DNA from: the human T2T-CHM13v2.0 reference genome, Homo sapiens
Strand: one strand, 5' to 3'
Length of the DNA stretch: 64,000 bases
Assembly: GCF_009914755.1 (NCBI RefSeq)
Contig: NC_060934.1
Position numbers and translations under genes: made by a program. Shown piece after piece: positions 55,376-64,000 of the stretch (position 1 is its first letter; each line of letters begins with the position of its first letter). The notes under the pieces were generated by a model. That model saw only the letters and a program-made list of their open reading frames with translations. It had not been told where the DNA came from and made no database searches.

Positions 55376-57049
55376 GAACACAAGTCTAAGTTTATTAACC
55401 TGAATCCTCTGCTGGTTGTCTTGACTCTCTGGAAACTGATCATGTCTTCAGATTTCCCACAGTTCCTGGCACTAGGTTGAGCACTCTAAACAGATTCAAT
55501 GCCAATTGCAGGCTTCTGACAAGGCTTCCTAAATGCAGAGCCCTGGCTGCAGATCAGGAGACCCTGGCCCCTCCAAGGGCACCCCGGCTAATCAGCCTCT
55601 TCTTCTGACTTCTGACTCCACCCCAGGACAGGCATGGTGCTTCGAAAGCAGAAGTAAGGCAGCAGAACACTTGGAGAAGCCTCGCTGAGGGCCAGGGCCT
55701 GGTGGTTCGGATGGCAGCAAGCTGCCCCCAGGGACCCAAAACCCAAAGGTCAGGAATGTAGTACTGGCCAGCCAGGGCAGGCACTGCTGTGTGGTAGAAG
55801 AGAAGTCCAGAACTGTGAGGCGTCAAGCGTGAGTTGGAGGCAGGATGGCAGTGAGAATGCACGCCCAACTGAGCGAGTGCGTGTGAGTGAATTATGTGTG
55901 TGGTTCAGTTTTAGGCACTGGGCAGATTTGCAAAGCTCATCACCCTCCTAGAGTTGCCTGCAAAAGGCCACATGTTTAACACCACGTCAATCAATCAACG
56001 GAGGTGCACTGGGTGGGGAGTGTGTGGCCAACCCAGCACGGGGAGCCGTGCAGCTGCAGGGAAGAGAGCATCTCTTTCCCCAGTGGCTCATGGTCATAGC
56101 CGAGGACACAAGACTGGCCCTTGTGGGAAAATTGAGGGGACCTGTTAAATGCTGACCTCTAATGTGGTTCCAGTTGAGTCACCATATTTCTTGTGAACCT
56201 CCAAAGCACTGGAAGACTTCTGGGCCTCGCGTGGCTGCAGGTGAAACATACAGCCAATCACTCCACCCTGGAGTCTTGGTTTCCTCCCCTGCAGAATGAG
56301 AGTGACGCTGATAAGACATCTCAGGCAGAGGCGAAGGAGGTGAGCCCTGTGGGAATTTCGGCTGCCCCTGTGCCAGGCTGAACAAGACAGGGCCTTTGCT
56401 TTCTGGGGGCTGATGAGTCATATAAAGGGGATAGAATCAAACACTCAAAAGACAATAACCGCAACACAGGGCTGGGTGAATAAATACACAACTGGCTACT
56501 CAGAATGGGATAACCATGGGAGAGGACTTTTAATGCCAAAGAAACTCACCACGTTGCCTTTGACTTTGAAAAGTGATCTGTGCTTAATCTGGCATTTCGC
56601 CAATTGGACCATGAGCAATGGGGTCCCAGTCCTCATTACCCAGTGCCTCCTTTGCTTCAGGCCAGGGCTGAATAGGTACTTAGGACATTCCTAAGAAGGA
56701 CTGTGCAGGAGGAGGCTAGCCCAGCTGCCTGGCTAGCCTCAGCACACACATTCCCTGGAACAGCAGCCTCGCTTACTGCCAGACCCCACAGGGGTTTCTG
56801 CAGGGGCTGGACAAACGGGCACATGGGGATGAAAAGGGTAGAGTCCCCAGAGTCAGTCAATGTCAGTGAATTGGCAGCCGCTGCTCACAGAGCTGTCTGG
56901 ATTCTTTGCAGCCCAGAGAGCACCTTTCACCACCCAGATGGGGAGGCCTTGCCAACCCTGAGCCCCTCAGGGAGGTCATACGTGTGATTCTCAGACACCA
57001 GAGGGAGCAGTTTTCCAGAGAGTGAAGAAATGGGATCCGGGAAGCTTGG

Positions 57050-57493
57050 TGAATTCGTCTGCTGGGGCTGCCATCATAAAGTATCAAAAACTGAGTTGGA
57101 TTAAATAATAGAAATGCATTGTCTCACAGGTCTGGAGGCCAGAAGTCTGACATGGAGATGTCGTTGGGGTCAGTTCCTTCTGAGGGCTGTGAGGGCACAT
57201 GTGTTCCAGGCCTCTCTCCTAGTTTTCTTGTCCTTCCTTGGCTTACAGATTCATCACCGCAATCTCTGCCTTCATCTTTATAGGCATTCTCCCTGTGTGC
57301 ATGTCTGTCTCTGTGTCCAAAGTTCCCCTTTTTATAAATATGACACCAGTTATTTTGGGTTAGAGCCCACGCTAATGATCTCATCTTAACTTGATCATCT
57401 GCAAAGACCTTATTTCCAAATAAGGTCACATTCACAGGTACGGAGGGCTAGGACTTCATTATCTGTTGGGGAGACACAATTCAACCAATAATA
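57050..57493 (-). mobile_element. MLT1B-like MaLR solo LTR
   Basis: gggctgccatcataaagta...tctcacaggtctggaggccagaagtc...ctgcaaagaccttatttccaaataaggtcacattcacagg...gacacaattcaacc. Confidence 0.92.
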
Positions 57494-58673
57494 TTTGAGT
57501 TCCTCAAAGGAAAAACAGCTTTTTAAAAAGCCAAACTGAAATTCCTAACATTACTAATATACTGGAACAGAGTCCCAAGAAGTAGGCTCAATGTGTGAAG
57601 GAGCTTCCCGGTTCCAGCCCCCACGTTACCCCAGCCCAGGCCTTTGTGGCCTCCCGCCTGCACTGCTCTGTGATGGGCCCCTTGCCGGCTGCCCTGACTT
57701 GGCCTGTCTCCCTTCTGCTACCTCCGCATCAGGCTGCCACACCTTGCATCTCACCACCAGGTCCACCTCGGTCACGACACCTTCCTGGTCTAAAGGCCCC
57801 AGTGGCAGTCAACCACCCAGAGGGCTGACTGTGGCTCACTCCTTTTGACTTCAGCACCCTTGGTAATCTGCACCAACAGAAACATCGGCCAATGAGTGCC
57901 GTGATTTCTCTGCCCGTTTTCTCATTCATGAAAGGGAGAAAAAACGAACTCTCCATGCATCTACTCCCAACACATTCCCCTGAGAAGCCTGCGGGGAAGC
58001 TCCCTGGGAGCCCATTGCCAAAGCTTCCACCTCATGGAGCTGGCGTGTACACAGACAGGCACAGCCTGCCGTGCTGGGCCACCATACTGGTGACTGGCTG
58101 TGCTCTGGTCCCAGCCCAAGGGGTGGGCAAAAGAGGAAAGCCAGCCTCATGATGAGCAGAGGACAGGGAAGAGACCCCCACACCAGGGACTGACCCCTCC
58201 ATTCCCTCAGAGGAAGCAGAGGCTACTGAGCCACCAGTACCCCCGCGGTTCCTCCCTGTAGTTGCTCATGGAAAGCCACCAGCCTCAGGAAGTCTTCCTG
58301 TGTGGAAGCTCACTGGCACCAAGGCAGGCTGAGCCCCTCTGCCAAAGGTTCTGGGCAGCCATCGGTCTGATAAAGACACAGAGCCCTCCTTGGAGGCCTG
58401 GAAGCCCCACCCCTAGAAGGTGGTCCTTGAAAGCTCTGTCACTCATTTCTTCTCCAGAGCCCCTGAAGCATCCTCCATGCAGCTGTGCCCACCTGACCAT
58501 ACAGCCTGGCCCTCCCTTAGCAGCACCCTGGACTCCATTCCTACCACCTCCTTGACAACAGAATCCTGTCTGTCACCCTCCTCACCAGGTGCGGGTCTTC
58601 AAGATAAGAGACCACCTCATGCATGTTACAAGGAATGCTCTAGAAGGAGCACCATTCAAGAAAGAGAGGACAG

Positions 58674-59165
<492 letters not shown>

Positions 59166-61230
59166 AGCCTGAGGACACCTGGCTCCTGCTGTCACCTGGC
59201 TGTCTTCACCTGGTGTCCCACAAGTACTTCAAACTCTGCTCTCCAAAGCTCTGCTCATTGTCTTCCCACTCGCCATCCTTACCAGCCCCTACCCACACTA
59301 CCTTGCTCTTCCTGAATCCTTTGTCCTCACTAGGACACCACCCTCTACTCTGCTGACCAGGCAAACAAAAGGACCCAGGCGAACAAAAGGACCAGTGTTG
59401 CCCAAGGCCTCTGCAGAGGTCTGTGCATGCATCTCAGAGAGCGAACTAACCATGGGAGTTCAGCACTGATCCTATTGTGTCCTTCCACTGGCTTTTTGTC
59501 TGAGCTCCCACTGGAAAAACCCTGCATTCTTACTTGATGAATTTTCAAAAGCAGCCAGGGCTTTATTATCAACTGTCTTTTATGAATAATCAAAGTCCAA
59601 TGGGGACTCCCTAATTAGCCTGGGCATGAAGGCCATTTGCATAACATATTGAATGCCTCTGGAGTGTCAGGTACCTCAGTAGACATGATGGTTCATGCAC
59701 TAAACCTCAGCATGTGACCAAGCCTATGGCCAGACACAGATGAACTTGAAAGTGATGCACTGGAAGTCGATGCCCCTTGAGGGTGGGTGAGCTCACAGAG
59801 TCTATTCCTGACACTGTTGCTCTCACCTCGTGACAAAGAACCAATGCTGCTTTCTTGCATCCACCCCTGAGTTCCAGAACCCCCGCAGACAGGCTTCCAA
59901 AAACTGTGTCCCCAAACTAAGACTGTGTGATATGTAAGAAGAACTGGCAGGGGACCCAACCTATATTATAAAACCTCTTGATCTCCTAAAAGAGAGCTGA
60001 GTTTAACCCGACTTAGATCACCAGGACAGATGCTATCACAGAATCTTAGAATCTGAGGTTGTAATGGTCTTCTCCAATTCAATATCAAATCCAGTGCTCC
60101 CAGTCCTCTTCTCCTAGGACTTTGTATTTGAGGTGGGGAATAAGGGAGAAAGTGGAAGATGTGGCTAACTTGCAGGTGAGTAAAGGAGAAGTCAGGAAGA
60201 AGTAGTGACTTGTCCCCCAATTCCCACACTCAGGAGCATGGGCAGTGGAGGGAGAAGGATGCTGCCACTGGCTTCATTTACATTTGTCCATTTACAAATA
60301 CCATGGCAACAAGAGCTCAGGCATGCAATGCCCTCCTGCCCAGATTCCTGCTTCAAAATCAAAACAAATCCAGTATGCCTGGAAAACCTGCCACAGCTCA
60401 GCAAACTAGGAACAGGTGCCATCAATGTGCCAAAAACCTAAAGGAATCTGAAAAAAAAAAATCAGTTATGCAGAAAAAGAGAAGGCAGGGAGGCCCCTTG
60501 GGCAGCTTTGCTCCCTGAGAAGCGGCAGGATGGTTGTGAAACAAGGAGTGAGGCCCTTGAAGAACCTCACATCAGAGCTGCCTACATCAGTAGGGCTGAA
60601 CAGGGAGGTGAGCCAAGTATCAGGCACCGGGACTCCCTGGTCACTATGGATCACAGCAGTGTTCAGCAGCAGCAGCAGCTCTGAGAAGCCCTGGGAATCA
60701 CATGGCAGATACATCCAGAAGAAAACTGGCCAGGGCAGGGGCTTGTCCCTGACACAGCAGGTGGCAGCTCCAGGAAGGAGGACAAGTCCAAGCACAGTTT
60801 GTACCTGGCATGTTGGCCAGGTTAAACAGCAAGCCAGATGCAAACAGTTGGCACAAGGTGCAGTGGCTTTACCAAACACAGAGAAGAAATATCACAGGAT
60901 TAAGTTCCCCTTCTGGAACTATTCATGGTTCCAGCTCACTCACCCAGACTCACAGGTCTCTGCAAGGCTTCACTTCATCATCCAGTGCTCTAGTGCAAGA
61001 TCCGAGAGTAGCATTCTATGGGCAATGAGGTGCACAGCAGAGGAGCCCAAGAGAATTGACCCTCCCTATTTACAGGCAAACACTGACTGCATTCATGGAT
61101 GCAAAACACGAAAACCTCCCACCAGACCTTGAAAACATTCTTAACTATAAAAGGTAGAGAATGCAGCACTCAAAATAAATAAATTTGAAAAAAAAAAGGA
61201 CTGGGTGGGAAAGTGCCATTATCATCATGG

Positions 61231-61450
61231 CCAAGAGCACAGGCTCTGCTGTGAAACTGGCTGGACCTGAGTCCTGGCCCCCAGTCAGTACCCAGATGAG
61301 GCTGAGTAGGGCTCAACCCTCTGGACATGCGTTTCCCCAATCTATATAATGAGGACAAACAAAGCACATGCCCCTTGGAGTTGTTCTGAGGTAATGCACA
61401 CAAAGTGCTTAGCACAGTGCACAGAGGACAGTCTGTGCTCAGTAAACAAC
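61231..61450 (+). mobile_element. MIR SINE
   Basis: aagagcacaggctctg...gtttccccaatctatataatgagga...aaagtgcttagcacagtgc...gtgctcagtaaa. Confidence 0.8.
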
Positions 61451-61763
61451 TCGTGTGATATTGTGATAATTGAACTTGGAGAAACCATCTATTCTATGTC
61501 TGCAGTAAAAGTCAAGAGAACTTATTTCTGAAACAAGATGTGTTATGAAGGGCACATTTAGAAAGCACTCTCAAAATGAAGAGGAAAAAAATACAGAAGC
61601 AGAAATACTGTGAGGTCTAAGACAGATTATACAAAAAGATGACAGATATAGAGGACAGGCAGCCAATTCAGAATAAACCTAACTGAAAAGACGAAAACAA
61701 AAAAAAGTTTCTTAACACAGAAGACAGACCCAAGTCTGAAAGTCAAAATGCTCAGTAGGCATG

Positions 61764-61795
<32 letters not shown>

Positions 61796-61796
61796 T

Positions 61797-61827
<31 letters not shown>

Positions 61828-61842
61828 CACATACATACATAT
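61764..61842 (+). repeat. (TA)n(CA)n compound microsatellite
   Basis: Seen directly. Confidence 0.95.
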
Positions 61843-62730
61843 ATTTTAATTTCATGGTGAAGAATTATCAGCATCCAAACAGAAGATATCAGATTATCTA
61901 TGAAAAAAAAAGAGAAAAATCAAGCTGATATCTGATGTCTCCTCTGCAAAACCCAACAGCAGGGCCAAGTTGTCATTCATATTAAAAGAAACAAAGTGCA
62001 AAGTGCGATAAAGCAGAATACGTTGTTCAAGAAGATTAAACAGGTGTTAAATTTTTCATATTTGTAATTAAGACATTAATCAAAACAAGGAATTCAACAA
62101 CAGGAGATGTCCATGGTAATAAAGATCTGGCAATGAACCCTAAGATCTATTAGGTTTAAATAATTGTTACAACTGTGATTACAAATCAAAATGAAAATGA
62201 AAACTAAAATTTATTGGAAGAGAAGATAAAATGTGAAAAATATAATAATAATAAGTAGAAGTTTTAAATATCAGATTATACCATAAAAGCATGAGTGTAA
62301 TATTATGGAATGGGGGAATGAAAAGAAGAAAAATTATTTATCTTACGTGGCAAGGAGTAAGAGGCTATTTCACTCTATACATTAACCATTGGCAAAATAT
62401 GGTTGAACAATAGTTTTAAATACTTGAGAGGCAGCATGGGTAGACATTCCAATTTAATAAAGAAAAGTATAAAATAAAAAATTTAAATATCTATTACAGA
62501 TAGACAAAAAAGACTGCAAAAAGCATTTTTTAAAAAACAGAAAGGCCAAAACATATTAGTTATTACAATCAAAATGTGTGGTACACATTATATATAGTAT
62601 TAACTATATGCAATAATATATAATAAATAAATATATAAAATTATACACTGTTTATAAGAAATATACCCTAAACCAAGTGACAAAATAAGGTTAAAAGTAA
62701 AAGAATAAACCAGAATATGCCAGGCAAAAA

Positions 62731-62855
62731 TCAAGTGAGGCTCACACCTGTAATCCCACTGCTTTGGGAGGCCGAGGTGGCAGGATCACTTGAGGCCAGG
62801 AGTTTGAAACCAGCCAGGGCAATATAGTGAGACACCATCTCTACCAAACTGTAAA
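62731..62855 (+). mobile_element. FLAM/AluJ left monomer
   Basis: ggctcacacctgtaatcccactgctttgggaggccgagg...ggatcacttgaggccaggagtttgaaaccagccagggcaatatagtgagac. Confidence 0.88.
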
Positions 62856-63269
62856 AAGCAAGCTAAGGAGTGATGCCAAGTTAAAGGCAATGGTATCCAA
62901 GCAAGTGAAATTCAAGGCAAAAGACATTAAATAAGGCAACACAGGAGGTTTCACATTGATGGAGATAATCCAAAGTGAGTATCTAAAAGTCAATGACTTT
63001 TAGGCACAAAGGAAGCCTCACAACACAAAACATCAAATTGTCAAAAATAAGAGGAGACAAGTGACAGAAACCCAGTAGCAGTAGAGGAGTTTACTGAAGT
63101 ACTATTGCTCTCTCATATATTAAGTTGTCCAAAACTAAACATAATTATGGGTGATTAGAAGGCTGGAATTTCTGCGTTAACTGGTCAACTGGAGAGAACT
63201 GGTAGAAAGCTCAACCCTCTGGTTTTGGAGGTTGGAAACTGAGACGGGATGATGAGTCAGTACAGCACA

Positions 63270-63420
63270 GACTAGTGTGGTCCCTGGGCTTTACCTCAAA
63301 TGGAAACTTATTAAAAACACACATTCTCAGACCTATCGCAGACCTGACCGAAATCAGAAACTCTGGAGTGGGGCCAAGCCCTCCAGGTTGTTCTAATGCA
63401 GGCTCAAGGCTAAGACCCAC
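63270..63420. mobile_element. MER5A hAT MITE
   Basis: agtgtggtccctgg...attctcagacc...aatcagaaactctggagtggggccaagccctccagg. Confidence 0.75.
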
Positions 63421-63439
63421 CAAGGCAACAATTAAGCCC

Positions 63440-63655
63440 ATAGGCTCTGGAGGGCCAGGGCCAAATCCTGCCCCATTTCAGCATTGTTGGGTGACATCAA
63501 ACAAGTTGCTTAACCTCTCTATGCCTCCATTATCATCATCCATAAACTGAGAAGAAGAAGAATAGTGCCTCCTCTTGGCATGGCCCTGAGGACAAGATGA
63601 GATCATGTGGACACAGGCTCACAGTGCCTGCACGGTGTGAGCACTCATTGATGGC
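63440..63655 (+). mobile_element. MIR SINE
   Basis: aggctctggag...aaatcctgcc...caagttgctTaacctctctatgcctc...cacagtgcctgcac...gagcactca. Confidence 0.75.
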
Positions 63656-64000
63656 TTGCTTTGGTTCAGGAATGCTTGGCAGAGCTGTGCCTCCAGCCCC
63701 ACTGCTCTCCTGCCTCCCAACACCCAGAGGTGTTGAGGGTGAACTCCTCTGCACCCAATCCTCTGTGCATGTGCCTGAGGAGGATGGACTGTCCCCTGAC
63801 AATGGATGGATGCCACCTCATGGCTGATCACTGCTGCATGAGGCAGTGTCATAAACCCCTCCTTGATGCTCTCTGGCTGGAGCGGCCAGTTGAGTGACTC
63901 ATGGAGCTTGTCATCTCAGGGCCTCCTTCCCTGATGCACACGGCCCTCTATCCCTGCCCCCCAGCCTGATTCCTCCTCCCCCTGGCAAGACTGCAGAGCT

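Larger units (their letters stand above)
61560..63170 (+). mobile_element. Ancient L1M/L1ME relic (ORF1-like region to ORF2 endonuclease start)
   Basis: A-rich; aaaatcaagctgatatctgatgtctcctctgcaa (ORF1-like); aggttaaaagtaaaagaat...aatatgccaggcaaa, aaattcaaggcaaaagacatta, gtagcagtagaggagttta (EN-like); no intact frame. Confidence 0.65.

Noticed and set aside
57406-57427. Hairpin gaccttattt-cc-aaataaggtc
   Set aside because: An intrinsic feature of MLT1 LTR sequence.
60530-61132. Longest ORF (200 aa, + strand)
   Set aside because: No recognisable domain, promoter or splice context. One ORF of this length is unsurprising by chance in 64 kb over six frames.

Overview
Primate genomic DNA, most likely human, judged from AluY/AluS, THE1, MLT1, MIR, L2, L3 and MER-type elements. 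I find no supportable protein-coding gene, tRNA, rRNA, CRISPR array or CpG-island promoter. The ORFs in the track are best explained as Alu-derived, microsatellite-derived or chance. The window looks like MIR/L2-rich intergenic or deep-intronic sequence with short repeat-free, TAAT-rich islands that may be enhancers. Repeat names come from recalled consensus sequences, and boundaries of old elements are approximate. The best-supported oddities are: (1) a 123-bp, 96%-identical inverted duplication (1639-1761 / 6036-6158) whose flanks suggest a ~4.3-kb staggered-break inversion; (2) two templated-insertion repair scars (23053-23075, 30601-30657); (3) a MER53 hairpin carrying a one-mismatch miR-1302 sequence; (4) a palindromic, possibly ancient element at ~10.2-10.36 kb; (5) a PBX-HOX/MEIS motif cluster at ~14.8 kb. 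I see no evidence of a new multi-gene biological system.
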